NCBI GenBank assembly: GCA_030583845.1
Contig: CP129478.1
Coordinates: 715,686-779,685, forward strand
Source of the DNA: Candidatus Dojkabacteria bacterium
Lineage (GTDB): Bacteria; Patescibacteriota; Dojkabacteria; SC72; JAHDCA01
Length of the DNA stretch: 64,000 bases
Direction of reading: 5' to 3'
The stretch's first letter is position 1, and each line of letters opens with the position of its first letter. Below the pieces are notes generated by a model. It was not told the DNA's origin. It did no database searches and worked only from the letters and a program-made list of their open reading frames with translations. Positions 9,378-20,324 of the stretch are shown here, piece by piece. The position numbers and the translations under genes were made by a program.

Positions 9378-11171
9378 GTGAGCTATATTGCTAGATTAAG
9401 CCGAAATGCAGTTCGATATTTGAGGGCGCATGGGTTGAAAGCAAGTGCGCGAAAATCTAAGTCGGTATTAGATAGGTGGCTGGGTGTAGGAACAGATATT
9501 GTTGATATAACTCAAAGTAAGTACAAAGATTGGGTAAATGAAGTAGAGTCGAAAAATACGCAGGTGGCTGCTGTTGCGCAAGATATAAAAATATCGATCC
9601 TTATGCCTGTGTATAATGTCTCACCCAATTACCTTGTTGAGGCTGTTGACTCGATAAAGACCCAGAGTTATACGAATTGGGAGCTATGTATTGTTGATGA
9701 TGCTTCGACGAATAGTGAGATCCCCCCACTCATCGAGAAACTAGAGGCAGAAGATGAAAGGGTAAAGGTGCAATTCTCTCCAGTGAATAGGCATATCTCC
9801 GAAACCACCAATACTGCGTTCGACCTGTCTACAGGTAGCTATCTGCTCCTGATGGACAATGATGACCTGATTGCTCCTGGAGCACTTGAAGAGCTTGTTG
9901 TGGGGATAGAGGCAAATCCGGGGGCGGATCTTATATATTTCGACGAAGATAAGTTAGATGTGTCCGGCGCCAGGGTAGAACCATTTTTCAAGCCTGGCCC
10001 ATCGCCAGAGTTCCTGCTATCGATGATGTATCCTACACACGCACTTTACAGCAGAGATATATTTGAGAAAGCAGGTAAGCTCAGGAAAGGATATGAAGGT
10101 AGTCAAGACTATGATCTCTGTCTTAGAGTCTTTGATCTTACAGACAAGATTTATCATATCCCCAAGATATTGTATCATTGGCGTAAAATCCCAGGGTCAA
10201 CTGCTGATAGTGTAGAGCATAAGCCTTATGTTATTGCTGCAGCAAAAAGGTCAATAACAGAGTCATTTGAAAGGAAAGGATATAAGGCAGAAGTTATTGG
10301 CGATAACTATCCCTTCAAAGCGAATATTGAGATAAAAGGCAATCCACAGGTTGACATTATAATCCCAACTAAAGATAAGAAGGGACTTCTGAGCAGATGT
10401 GTTGAGTCAATTATAGAAAAAAGCAGCTATGGGAATCTCAAAATCCATATTGTAGATAACAACTCAGAAGAAGAGGAGACGCTGGAATATTTGGAGGAGA
10501 TTCAAGAAAGGGATAACAGAGTAAAGGTAGCCGAATATAGCAAGCCGTTCAACTTCTCAGCGATAAATAACTGGGCTGTTAAGCAGTCAGTAGCTGACTA
10601 CATACTCTTCCTTAATAACGATACAGAAGTTATAGAGCCTCGTTGGATAGAAGAGATGTTAATGTGGGCTCAGATGGAAAAAATTGGCGCTGTTGGGGCA
10701 AAGCTGCTATTCCCGGATCATACAATCCAACATGCTGGGGTCATTCTAGGGCTCGGGCCGGATGTTAATGATGGTCATAGACCTGTTGCCGCACATGCTT
10801 TTTACAAAGAGAGAGAAGGAAGTCCTCGTGCATTTAATCAGATGAACCTAGTTCGAAACTATAGTGCAGTAACTGGTGCATGTATGATGATAAAACGCAC
10901 CAAATTCGATGAAGTAGGAGGATTTGATGAGGAGAACCTTAAGGTTAATTATAATGATGTTGACTTATGCCTTAAGCTTCTTCAGGCCGGCTACCGTAAT
11001 GTATATACAGCACATGCAAGGCTTTTCCACCATGAGTCTGCTTCTAGGATCAAGGAGCCTCCAAAAATGGAAACCGAATTCATGAGAGATAAGTGGAAAA
11101 AGTACATTGAAAACGACCCTTACTACAACCCTAATTTCGCTCGAAACACCGTGCATTCTTTCATAATATAG
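9378..11171 (+). CDS. Bifunctional glycosyltransferase with two tandem GT2 (GT-A) domains
   Basis: The first domain is ISILMPVYNVSP...CIVDDASTN. The second is VDIIIPTKDKKG...IHIVDNNSEE. Each has a DxD-type motif (LMDNDD, LNNDTE). Confidence 0.8.
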   Translation: MSYIARLSRNAVRYLRAHGLKASARKSKSVLDRWLGVGTDIVDITQSKYKDWVNEVESKNTQVAAVAQDIKISILMPVYNVSPNYLVEAVDSIKTQSYTNWELCIVDDASTNSEIPPLIEKLEAEDERVKVQFSPVNRHISETTNTAFDLSTGSYLLLMDNDDLIAPGALEELVVGIEANPGADLIYFDEDKLDVSGARVEPFFKPGPSPEFLLSMMYPTHALYSRDIFEKAGKLRKGYEGSQDYDLCLRVFDLTDKIYHIPKILYHWRKIPGSTADSVEHKPYVIAAAKRSITESFERKGYKAEVIGDNYPFKANIEIKGNPQVDIIIPTKDKKGLLSRCVESIIEKSSYGNLKIHIVDNNSEEEETLEYLEEIQERDNRVKVAEYSKPFNFSAINNWAVKQSVADYILFLNNDTEVIEPRWIEEMLMWAQMEKIGAVGAKLLFPDHTIQHAGVILGLGPDVNDGHRPVAAHAFYKEREGSPRAFNQMNLVRNYSAVTGACMMIKRTKFDEVGGFDEENLKVNYNDVDLCLKLLQAGYRNVYTAHARLFHHESASRIKEPPKMETEFMRDKWKKYIENDPYYNPNFARNTVHSFII

Positions 11172-11254
11172 TCGGACTGCTTCTTGACTTGAAATTAGAA
11201 GGTAAATTCATGTATTGTGGTAGGAGATAAAATATACCGCATTTAACAACAGAT

Positions 11255-13789
11255 ATGAAGAAGTTTTTTCTGCTTGGAGCCTTTGTTGCAACTTTATTCA
11301 CTATTGGAGCCTTAGATAATAAGTTCTCTCTTGATGTGTTAGCCTCGAGAGATGATATTGCTAGTAGGGCATCGGTAGAAGAAATGCTCTCGCGAGGAGA
11401 GTACTCCTCAAAAAGAGTAAGGGTTGTGTATAAAGATGATCTCGAGAAGCGTGGAGAGGACGGATTCTTCAAAGTAGTTTCAACAGTAACCGTACATGCA
11501 AACGGAAACGACTCTGACTACCTCGCAAACACCGCTCAACAGAAAGAAAATGTTGGCGATACGCTCCTTGAACTAATGGAAGACCCAGAAGTTGCCTATG
11601 CAGCTCCTGACTACTTAGGCAAAATTGCAGCATGGACAGATAACGGCACCCAAGCATATCCAGGTGACTATGACGTCACAGGCCCTACATTTAACCAGTG
11701 GTACTACAACTCCGGCAAAGTCAAAGAGATGTGGCATGATCAGGGATGTCCAGGTGGCGCATCGTGCGGTGGTGATTCATCGGTGGTAGTAGCTGTAATC
11801 GATACCGGCTTGGCATACGGTGCATTCGATGATGACACTGGTGACGGATTTACAGAGAATAACTTCCTAGCAGTTGCCGATGATGTTCCAAATCTATATG
11901 TGAATGCAGGCGAGACAGCAAGCAACGGGATGGATGATGATTGTAATGGTGTGATCGATGACGCACACGGCATGGACACCTTCGCTTTTGCAGAGCTTGA
12001 GATTACAGACATAGTAGCAACCGAAAGTCTCTCAGAACGAACATGCAACGGTATGACCCCTGTGGATTTTTCTGGTACATCGAATACTTTTAGGCGAAAG
12101 CCTGGTCATCCTGTCGATACATATGGTCACGGTACATTTGTGACCGGCTTGATCGCAGGAGGTGTAGATAATGGTGGGGATACAGTATCGCCTGCATTTA
12201 ATGTAAGTATAATGCCACTTGCTGCTTCAATAAATACTACCAACAACACCCATACCTCGCAGACATATGATGAGAGCGATTATCATCTTTTCTGGATGGC
12301 AGATGTACAAACGGCGATTGAGTACGCAGGTGTAAACGGTGCTGACGTTGTAAATATGAGTATCGGTGGATTTCCGTTTGACCAGGTGTTCCAGGATCAG
12401 ATTGATTATTGGTATGGAGAGGGTATGGTTTTTGTAGCTGCTTCTGGAAATGATTCGACATCAGGATCTATGCAGGCTGTGAGTTACCCAGCTGCATTCG
12501 ACAACGTTCTTGCCGTGGGTGCAGTTAATGCTGATAACACAAGGAGTGATTACTCAAATGGAGGTAGCAACCTCGACCTCGTCGCATATGTAGGTGAAGG
12601 AGGAGCCGCAGGTACGGCTGCATATCAGGAAACACTTACCTGTTACGGTTGTACTAGTGCCGGTGATGGAGGAGGTGTATTTACAGGCACAGCGACGGAT
12701 GTGTCTATAGGTACAAGCTTCGCTGCACCACAGGTGGCAGCGGCAGCGGCGATTATTAAGAGTAATAACCCAACTATGACAGCAAGTAATATTGAGTCTA
12801 TATTGTTGATGTCAGTCCAGGACATTACTAGCTATGGTGTCGGTAGAGATAATACCACGGGGTATGGGGTGTTAGATTTTCAGCTAGCTAACGACTACCA
12901 TTATTACATTGATTCTACTCTATACCAGAATGGTGGGAGGACTAGCAAACCAGTTGCATCAGCAGAGTTTAACTCAAGGTTTTATCAGGCTATAAAAGGA
13001 TTTTCCACTAACTTCGTGTATTTAAGGAGTACAGCTGACGGAGTATTTGATAATAGTGAGGCTGCAGAGGATTGGGTTCAAATTCCAGGGCAGACGCCTG
13101 AGCAGATAAATCTGGTTGCATATGATCCAGGGGATGGTTTAAAGCTATACATGACTGTAAAAGGTAATAGTGGAAGCATCTATGTTAGATATACTTCAAA
13201 TGGATCGACTTGGACAGATTGGACAGAAAATGGCGGCCTTACAAGCACAACGATTTCCTCGACAGTATTTAATTCAAGGTTGTTCCAAAGTATTCGCGGC
13301 ATTTCAACAAACAATATCTACGTAAGAAGTAGTGGTGATGGGTTATTTGACGGGTTGGCGGATGGATCTTCACCTGACACTTTGGAGAACTGGACTACCT
13401 TAACGGGACAGACACCATCTGTGCCAGAGATTGCTGCATTTGACGGCGAAATATATATGACTGTAAGAGGTAATAGTTCAAGTATATTTACGAGGAGTTC
13501 AAGCGATGGAGTCACTTGGGGCGATTGGACTCAGAACGGCGGATTTACTTCGGCAACCCCTTCTATGGTATCCTTTGATGGGAGGTTATTCCAGTCGGTT
13601 AAAGGCAATTCCACGAATTATCTGTTCATCCGTTACAGTAATGATGGCATAACTTGGTATCCTTGGGAGCGAAGGACTGGTACTTCTCCTCAACGTACCA
13701 ATATTTCCTATTTCTCTGTTACAGATGAATTGTTTGAAACAGTAATCGGCAATAGTGGGTACATATTCTTAAGGACTTACACCTACTAA
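11255..13789 (+). CDS. Secreted subtilisin-like serine protease (S8) with C-terminal six-bladed BNR/Asp-box beta-propeller
   Basis: Signal peptide MKKFFLLGAFVATLFTIGA. Catalytic triad contexts VVAVIDTGL (Asp), HGTFVTGLIAG (His) and GTSFAAPQVAAAAA (Ser). About six repeats of ~48 aa carry S-x-D-G-x-T-W Asp-boxes (SNGSTWTDW, SSDGVTWGDW, SNDGITWYPW). Confidence 0.85.
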   Translation: MKKFFLLGAFVATLFTIGALDNKFSLDVLASRDDIASRASVEEMLSRGEYSSKRVRVVYKDDLEKRGEDGFFKVVSTVTVHANGNDSDYLANTAQQKENVGDTLLELMEDPEVAYAAPDYLGKIAAWTDNGTQAYPGDYDVTGPTFNQWYYNSGKVKEMWHDQGCPGGASCGGDSSVVVAVIDTGLAYGAFDDDTGDGFTENNFLAVADDVPNLYVNAGETASNGMDDDCNGVIDDAHGMDTFAFAELEITDIVATESLSERTCNGMTPVDFSGTSNTFRRKPGHPVDTYGHGTFVTGLIAGGVDNGGDTVSPAFNVSIMPLAASINTTNNTHTSQTYDESDYHLFWMADVQTAIEYAGVNGADVVNMSIGGFPFDQVFQDQIDYWYGEGMVFVAASGNDSTSGSMQAVSYPAAFDNVLAVGAVNADNTRSDYSNGGSNLDLVAYVGEGGAAGTAAYQETLTCYGCTSAGDGGGVFTGTATDVSIGTSFAAPQVAAAAAIIKSNNPTMTASNIESILLMSVQDITSYGVGRDNTTGYGVLDFQLANDYHYYIDSTLYQNGGRTSKPVASAEFNSRFYQAIKGFSTNFVYLRSTADGVFDNSEAAEDWVQIPGQTPEQINLVAYDPGDGLKLYMTVKGNSGSIYVRYTSNGSTWTDWTENGGLTSTTISSTVFNSRLFQSIRGISTNNIYVRSSGDGLFDGLADGSSPDTLENWTTLTGQTPSVPEIAAFDGEIYMTVRGNSSSIFTRSSSDGVTWGDWTQNGGFTSATPSMVSFDGRLFQSVKGNSTNYLFIRYSNDGITWYPWERRTGTSPQRTNISYFSVTDELFETVIGNSGYIFLRTYTY

Positions 13790-13839
13790 TTGCTTCACTT
13801 AGCGATTGGATATTTATGCAACGTATTCTAACTCGTGAT

Positions 13840-14601
13840 CTAGCCGATCCAGTCGGCAATCTGAGAGAGTGTTTCGTATGGTGGCATTTTTAACTTCCAC
13901 TCATCTGGTTTTTTTGATGCGACGGAGATTATATAAGTTATCTCATATGGATCTCTTCTATAATTCTCATATATAATCTCCAAACCATTATCTCGTGCAA
14001 GGTACCTAAGCGCAGTTGGTGTGAACCTCCAGTAATCTCGGAAAGTCTCCTGCTCGTGCTGTTGCTGAATAAAAGGTACAACTGTGATGACAACATCTCT
14101 CGACATCATAGCCATATTCTTATAAGCCTTTTTGACTTGGTAGATATGCTCAAGAATTGTATGGTTGAATACAGTATCAAACCTGTTCTTAAGCGATGTG
14201 TTCAGATTTTGCTCGAGGTCGAGAGTAATCTCGTCATCCCGGTCAGGCATGTGTTGGCTGTAGTTTGTGATTGTATAAGAGCTTGCCTTGGGAAAGTAGT
14301 TTCTGTAGTAATCGCCATCCTTATCTTTATCCTCCCAGCCGGATATGTTAACTATATCTCCTCCGAACAGGTGAGAAAATCTCCTGAGCTCCTGGTTGGA
14401 CCAGGTTCTTACTGGGTCTGAAAATGGTTCGTATAACCTTATTGCCTCATCTTCAGTAAAATCTGGTATATGTGGAGTGACCTTGTATTTAAACCGGCGT
14501 ACACCATTTGAAAGTTTTATCGCTAAACGCACAGGCCTTCTGTTGAGGAGATCTATTGCTTCATTGTAGCTGATTCTTGGCTTCACGGTTGTTTTACACA
14601 A
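13840..14601 (-). CDS. Hypothetical protein, class I methyltransferase-like fold (degenerate motif I)
   Basis: 253 aa. Motif II-like FDTVFNHTILEHI and a weak motif I (GDIVNISG). It is convergent with the S8 protease gene. Confidence 0.35.
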   Translation of the reverse strand: MCKTTVKPRISYNEAIDLLNRRPVRLAIKLSNGVRRFKYKVTPHIPDFTEDEAIRLYEPFSDPVRTWSNQELRRFSHLFGGDIVNISGWEDKDKDGDYYRNYFPKASSYTITNYSQHMPDRDDEITLDLEQNLNTSLKNRFDTVFNHTILEHIYQVKKAYKNMAMMSRDVVITVVPFIQQQHEQETFRDYWRFTPTALRYLARDNGLEIIYENYRRDPYEITYIISVASKKPDEWKLKMPPYETLSQIADWIG

Positions 14602-14761
14602 TTACGAGTGTATAGGTTACAATGGTCACTATTGTAGCATAGATGCCTGTGAAATTGTTCGGGATGCTCACACTCAATTATCCCTTGGAGGCAGAGTTTA
14701 GTGAACATGATACTTTAAAGCCTTATCAACAGTTGCGTAGTAGCGTTAACGCCCTTGAGGA

Positions 14762-15964
14762 CTAGGAATTGAGATCGAGGAAAGATAAGTAGTTATTGGT
14801 GACGGAAGTGATATTAAATTGAGCCACGCTCTTCCGTGAATTCGACAATAATTTAGTATACAGCTCTTGGTCTTGCATAATGCGGCTCATATTTTCTGAC
14901 AGGCCTTCTATATCTCCAACTGGTGATAGGAGGCCATTATATCCTTCTGATACAATATCTTCTACACCGCCATTTGCTGTTGAAACTACAGGGAGAGAAC
15001 TGTTCAATGCCTCAATGTAAGCCAATCCAAAACCCTCATGGTAGGAGGAAAGTACAAAGCAGTGAGACTTGGCCATTATTTGATATTTCTCTTTATCGCT
15101 TACATATCCCAATAGATGTACCCTTGAACTAACGCCTAGTTCATCGATAAGTCGCAGCAGATGTCCTTTCTCCGGCCCGTCACTGATTATTAGTAGCTGA
15201 CATTCACTGGTTTGTGGGAGAATTGCAAACGCCTTTATCATTATGTCATAGCCCTTTCTTGTGTCGAGCCTACCAAGTGCAACAAACGTAAAGAGGTCGA
15301 ACTTATGATCTCTTAAGTTAGTCAGAGTCGTGAAAGGGATTCCTATATGACCGACTTCGACCTCTTTTTTGACTCCGTAAAATTTGTATATTTTCTCCCG
15401 CACATCTGTTGATATAGCATTGACCTTGTATGCGTTGTTTATAATCCGGCGCGCTGCAACTTTAAGGAGTAAGTGTTTGTGTGGAGAGTATCCTTCAGTT
15501 GGCTTATATATGTCTCCACCTATGACAGTCACATAGTGTCGCTTATTAAACAGGATTGATACTATTGCTCCAACAAAGCCAGAAGGGAACGTAAATACGC
15601 TGTAAACGCGTGAGTATTTGTTTCTCAATGAAAGCATTATCCCTTTCGGGATAGCAAAAAAAGGATATGCAAGAAGCAGTAGGATACCGCTTGTCGCCCT
15701 ATTCTTTCGTGGGAGGAACTTTCCAATTCGGTGAACTTTTACATTTCCGAATTGTTCTGAGATAAAAGGAGGAAATTTATAATTCCCGAAAGTAACCAGG
15801 TCAACCTCTACATCTTGATGGCTATGTGCTATCTCGTACAGCAAGTCTCTGGCAAAGCATCCCCCGCCGCCTCCAAGGGGAGGGTATTCGTAGCAAAACA
15901 TCAAGACCCTTCTGTTTTTGCTGCTCTCTGCGGAGGTTTCTTTTATTAATTGTCTTTCAGTCAA
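14762..15964 (-). CDS. GT4 family glycosyltransferase
   Basis: EGFGLAYIEALNSSLPVVSTANGGVEDIV is the classical GT4 EX7E region. The N-terminus has the GGGG phosphate-binding loop. Confidence 0.85.
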   Translation of the reverse strand: MTERQLIKETSAESSKNRRVLMFCYEYPPLGGGGGCFARDLLYEIAHSHQDVEVDLVTFGNYKFPPFISEQFGNVKVHRIGKFLPRKNRATSGILLLLAYPFFAIPKGIMLSLRNKYSRVYSVFTFPSGFVGAIVSILFNKRHYVTVIGGDIYKPTEGYSPHKHLLLKVAARRIINNAYKVNAISTDVREKIYKFYGVKKEVEVGHIGIPFTTLTNLRDHKFDLFTFVALGRLDTRKGYDIMIKAFAILPQTSECQLLIISDGPEKGHLLRLIDELGVSSRVHLLGYVSDKEKYQIMAKSHCFVLSSYHEGFGLAYIEALNSSLPVVSTANGGVEDIVSEGYNGLLSPVGDIEGLSENMSRIMQDQELYTKLLSNSRKSVAQFNITSVTNNYLSFLDLNS

Positions 15965-16088
15965 GGGGATATGATGATAATTTGTGAAGTAATCTTGCTA
16001 TAAACCTACTCATAAATAACCTACCTAACACTGAGTTTCGATGGTTTGACTTATTGATCTTATCATCCTCATAGTGTAAATTCAAAGC

Positions 16089-16979
16089 ATGAAAAAAGTC
16101 AAAGCTCATAATGTAGGAATAACGGTAGTTATCCCGGCGTACAATGAACAAGGCGCGATATTAGGGACAATCGAATCCATTGCAGAAATACTAAGAAATT
16201 ACGCCGATCCGTACGAGATCATAGTCATTAATGACGGCTCAACAGATGATACATTGACATTGCTATCTAAGGCCAAGCTAGAGCATTTCATATTGATTAA
16301 CCATAAGAGAAATATGGGCTACGGTTGCTCACTTAAAAGAGGGATCAGGGAGGCTATGTACGATAAGATTATTATTACAGATGCCGATGGTACTTACGAC
16401 AATACAAGGATACCTGAAATATCAGACTTACTGAGCGATTACCGAATGGTTGTTGGGGCAAGAACTCTCAATAGAGAGAATATTCCGCTAGTTAGGAAGC
16501 CTGCTAAATGGTTCCTGACCTGGTTTACATCTGCACTAATGCAAGCGAAGATAATTGATCTTAACTCGGGGCTTAGAGGGTTTTATCGCTCGGACATGGA
16601 GCACCTATATCCTTTACTCCCGGATCAGTTTTCGTTCACGACTACTATAACGATTGCATATTTGAGTGAACACAAATCGGTCTACTACTTGGATACTAAG
16701 TATTTCAAGCGTGATGGCAAATCGAAAATCAGGCCTATTAACGACTTCTTCGGGTTTATTTTTAAGATTGTTAACACGATTATGTACTTTGAACCGTTCA
16801 GAATATTCCTGCCTTTGGCTCTGTTGTCCTTTATTGGCACTGTTATCTCACTGTCTTACGATCTGTTTGTTTTGCGCAATCTGACTGATAAAACTGTCTT
16901 AGCATTCGTATTCACTTTGAACTTCCTTATGCTTGGCTTTATTGCGCAGATGATAGTCAAAAGGACTAATACTAATTAA
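16089..16979 (+). CDS. GtrB/ArnC-like polyprenyl-phosphate glycosyltransferase (GT2 with two C-terminal TM helices)
   Basis: VVIPAYNEQG...VINDGSTDDT GT-A domain. The 296-aa protein has two C-terminal transmembrane helices, which is the GtrB/DPM synthase architecture. Confidence 0.8.
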   Translation: MKKVKAHNVGITVVIPAYNEQGAILGTIESIAEILRNYADPYEIIVINDGSTDDTLTLLSKAKLEHFILINHKRNMGYGCSLKRGIREAMYDKIIITDADGTYDNTRIPEISDLLSDYRMVVGARTLNRENIPLVRKPAKWFLTWFTSALMQAKIIDLNSGLRGFYRSDMEHLYPLLPDQFSFTTTITIAYLSEHKSVYYLDTKYFKRDGKSKIRPINDFFGFIFKIVNTIMYFEPFRIFLPLALLSFIGTVISLSYDLFVLRNLTDKTVLAFVFTLNFLMLGFIAQMIVKRTNTN

Positions 16980-16987
16980 GGGTAAAT

Positions 16988-18994
16988 ATGTGGCTATTAC
17001 TTTTGTCGGTGATCCTGGTTAATACAGTTCTGCTGTCAGTCTGTGTAAACAATCGCCTAAAGCTCAAGAGCATCGTCGAGTTTTTTTTACTTTCTTACGC
17101 TTTATCTTTAGCGTTTTATTGTGTGATTGGGTTACTACTCTTACTGTTATCATTGTTCACAGTTATAAATCTTATATTAGTGTCTCTCACCTCTGTAGCG
17201 ATTTTGCTATTATACTTTTACTTTAAGCGGCTTCGTTTCCAAGAGCTTCGGGAGCTGAAAGGAACCACAAAGGATTTAATATATATTCTTTTGATCGGCT
17301 CGATACACTGTGTTTTACTTGGCTCCTTCTCGGAGTGGACAGTAAGGGGCGAGATGGACGCGGGTAGATATGTCAGCATAGCGTACAGTTATGCTGGAGA
17401 TGGGGCTTATAAAGAAGAGGTGATAGAAGGTTCTGTCTGTAATTCTGCACTTATATGCAGAGAGGATGGGTCTGCAGTCACTCAGTATCTCCCGATGTAT
17501 CCGATCATATTGTCATACGGAAACCTCATCAAAGGTTATTTTGGTATGAAAGTCATCCAGATCCTAGTTAGTTTTATGAGTGCGGTTACTTTCTATGTGA
17601 TCCTGAAAAGACTTTTTGGTAAGTATGAGACTATAATTGCCCTCGGCTTAATGCTGTTTTCTTTTAACGCAATCCAGTTGAACTACTCTAAAGAGTTTAT
17701 GACTGAGGTGTTTGCACAATCACTTATGCTTCTAATTGTATGGCTGTACTTGTTAAATAAGGAGAAAGAACAGTCGATAATTACTTCTATAGCAGTAGTG
17801 TTGCTCTCGGTGCTGTTTTTAACAAAGCTTGATGCGATAGTTATATCTCTGATTCTTCCTGTGTACTATTTAACGCGGTCTTTGCATAAAAAGTCCAAGT
17901 GGGACGACTATTTCTTGGTACTTAGCCTTCTGGCTACAGCGTTATTTATGTACTTTTTTTCGCAACCATATATTAATAAGACGATTGGTGGCACTGCTTC
18001 GAGACCGCTGCCAGTTTATATTTTAGTAGCAGTGTCTGTGGCTCTATCGTTTATATTTATATTGTCACACACTCATCTTATTTCGAGATTTAAGTCTGTG
18101 AGTGGTTGGTGGAGAAAACGCATTGCACTTCTTTTAGCTTTAATGTTTATGGTGGTATCTGCGGTCGTCTTTATATCTACGGCATATACTATAACCACTG
18201 CTCCTATTACTGAACAGAATATTGAGTTAATAAACCTCGTTCGGCTCAATTATTTTTATCCCGTTTATATTACTATCATTGGGTTATTAGGGCTTTCGCT
18301 ACTCATGTATAGACGACATAGTGAAAGCGTTGTGATATTTATAGTTGGAATCCTTGCGCTACTTCCAATACTCGAATCAAGTCATTCTAGTCCCTTGTAC
18401 TGGTGGTCAAGACGATATCTATTTATTACAATTCCAGTTACATTGCTGGCATACTGTTATGTAATATATGCTGGAAGGCTGAATAAAAGAGTATACATTG
18501 CGCTGATATCCTTGACCTGCTCAGCTGTCCTAATTACTGCCTATATGGCCTCCACATCTTTCGGTTTTATACAAAATCGTGGCTCGGATGAAACAACGAG
18601 GTCGGCTTTTATTCATATAGAACCTGATAGTGTAATTGTTTACTCTTCTGGTTATTCCGAAGTGTCATATCTGTCACAACTTACACATAGATACAACATC
18701 GATGGCTATATCCTTGACTCGAATACAATGGGAGATGTTGAACAAGTTCTACCATTAGCTAAATATAAGGTAATATACTTAGCTAATATCGCTAATGCTC
18801 AGGATACGTTGAAAATGCAAATATCCGGCCACGAATATGTTCAGTCAAACTGTACTGATATACATATAAGCTACGAGAGACCTGGAGCCAAGAGTCTTGT
18901 CTGTGCTGACCTAGGGTTGTTCTGCTCATGGGATACCTTCATATCTTGGGAGGATGTTAACAATTCGTATAAAATCTGCGAGTATAGTCGGTAG
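16988..18994 (+). CDS. Polytopic membrane glycosyltransferase, GT-C fold (ArnT/PMT-like)
   Basis: 668 aa with many transmembrane helices. GEMDAGRYVSIAYSYA matches the GT-C DExxY first-loop motif. It starts 9 nt after the GtrB-like stop, so the two are likely coupled. Confidence 0.55.
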   Translation: MWLLLLSVILVNTVLLSVCVNNRLKLKSIVEFFLLSYALSLAFYCVIGLLLLLLSLFTVINLILVSLTSVAILLLYFYFKRLRFQELRELKGTTKDLIYILLIGSIHCVLLGSFSEWTVRGEMDAGRYVSIAYSYAGDGAYKEEVIEGSVCNSALICREDGSAVTQYLPMYPIILSYGNLIKGYFGMKVIQILVSFMSAVTFYVILKRLFGKYETIIALGLMLFSFNAIQLNYSKEFMTEVFAQSLMLLIVWLYLLNKEKEQSIITSIAVVLLSVLFLTKLDAIVISLILPVYYLTRSLHKKSKWDDYFLVLSLLATALFMYFFSQPYINKTIGGTASRPLPVYILVAVSVALSFIFILSHTHLISRFKSVSGWWRKRIALLLALMFMVVSAVVFISTAYTITTAPITEQNIELINLVRLNYFYPVYITIIGLLGLSLLMYRRHSESVVIFIVGILALLPILESSHSSPLYWWSRRYLFITIPVTLLAYCYVIYAGRLNKRVYIALISLTCSAVLITAYMASTSFGFIQNRGSDETTRSAFIHIEPDSVIVYSSGYSEVSYLSQLTHRYNIDGYILDSNTMGDVEQVLPLAKYKVIYLANIANAQDTLKMQISGHEYVQSNCTDIHISYERPGAKSLVCADLGLFCSWDTFISWEDVNNSYKICEYSR

Positions 18995-19202
18995 GTCTTT
19001 ATCTTCGGATGTTCTGGTCATACCCGAAGAAATGAAATGAGGATGATTTTAATATTATGCCAGAACTGCCACGTCATTGATTTTTGTTCAACAGTACTAG
19101 TGTCAATCAGCATATTGATATAAACAGTATTGCTATGGTTCCACATCGAGTGAAATTTGATAATGATGTGACAGCGTAGTCAGCCTGGGGTATCATAAAA
19201 CT

Positions 19203-20324
19203 GTGAACATCATCATCGACACAACACCAACCCAGTCCAAACCATACTCCGGTATCGGCATTGCCACCAAGAAAATCACCGAACAACTAGTCCGCAACAA
19301 CCCCAAGGTCACCTACCACCTAATCCTACATACAGATGCAGAAAGCACCCTAGACCCCGCCGTGAAAAATGCAGACAACGTGATCCTGTATGACGCTGGA
19401 GTGCTTTTCCCAGGCTACCTCAACCCACTGACATACACTCTGCACTTGAAGCCAGTGATCGAGTATATATATCGCGAGATTCCCGAGTCAGTCTACTTCG
19501 CTACCTACTTCTGGCAGGGGCATCCCGCCGGCTATCATCCAACCGCTGTCATGATCTATGACTTCGCCATGCCTATGCTGGACATGTATGCGAATAAAGG
19601 TGTGATTGTGAATGCTTTGCGTAAGCGTGAATATTGGTTTTGGCAAAATCGTACAGCTCGTGCGGATGCAATAATCGCAATCTCCGAGTCGACCGCTCGC
19701 GACTTCCTGAAATGCTACAAAGATTATCCTGAAGAGCGTGTTTACAAGGCATTCATGGGTGTTGAGCTAGAGAAGATGTCGGCAGAGGCGCGTGCAGAAT
19801 CAGGCTCTCCCGAGAGTGAGGCTAAAATTTTAGCGAAATACCTGCCCAAAGATTGGAAAAAGAAAAAGTACCTGATCTACATGGGTGGCAACATACAGCG
19901 CACCAAGAATAACGAGGGTGTCGTGTACAGCTACCAAGAGATGTTGAAGAAGCTCTCAAGCGACGGAGTCTCAAAAGCTGAGGCTCCATATCTGGTGATC
20001 GCCGGTGCCGCTTACGAGATCGACAGTGCGCCAGTTAAAGATTTCAAGCAGATGATCAAGGATATCGGGCTGAAGGACAAGGTGGTGTTTTCTGGTTTCT
20101 ATGAGCCGGAGCATAAAGAGCTGTTGTTGAAAAATGCATTTGCCTTTACCCATCTGTCCCACTATGAGGGCTTTGGCCTGGCGGTGGCTGAGGCGATGCG
20201 AGCTGGGACTCCTGTGGTAGTGAGTGAGACATCCAGTCATCCTGAGGTCGTGGGCGATGCCGGTATGTTGGTGGATGGGAAGGATTACAAGAAGGTTGGC
20301 GAGGCGTATGTGACGCCTGTATAA
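19203..20324 (+). CDS. GT4 family glycosyltransferase, C-terminus displaced by a frameshift (full-length reading would end at about 20484)
   Basis: EGFGLAVAEAMRAGTPVVVSETSSHPEVVGDAG is a GT4 motif. The ORF stops at ...GEAYVTPV*. The +1 frame immediately downstream encodes RLYKDREYAGKLGRRGSKYSERFTWEKCAGEVEKVLEGVY, which is the typical GT4 C-terminal helix. Confidence 0.75.
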   Translation: MNIIIDTTPTQSKPYSGIGIATKKITEQLVRNNPKVTYHLILHTDAESTLDPAVKNADNVILYDAGVLFPGYLNPLTYTLHLKPVIEYIYREIPESVYFATYFWQGHPAGYHPTAVMIYDFAMPMLDMYANKGVIVNALRKREYWFWQNRTARADAIIAISESTARDFLKCYKDYPEERVYKAFMGVELEKMSAEARAESGSPESEAKILAKYLPKDWKKKKYLIYMGGNIQRTKNNEGVVYSYQEMLKKLSSDGVSKAEAPYLVIAGAAYEIDSAPVKDFKQMIKDIGLKDKVVFSGFYEPEHKELLLKNAFAFTHLSHYEGFGLAVAEAMRAGTPVVVSETSSHPEVVGDAGMLVDGKDYKKVGEAYVTPV

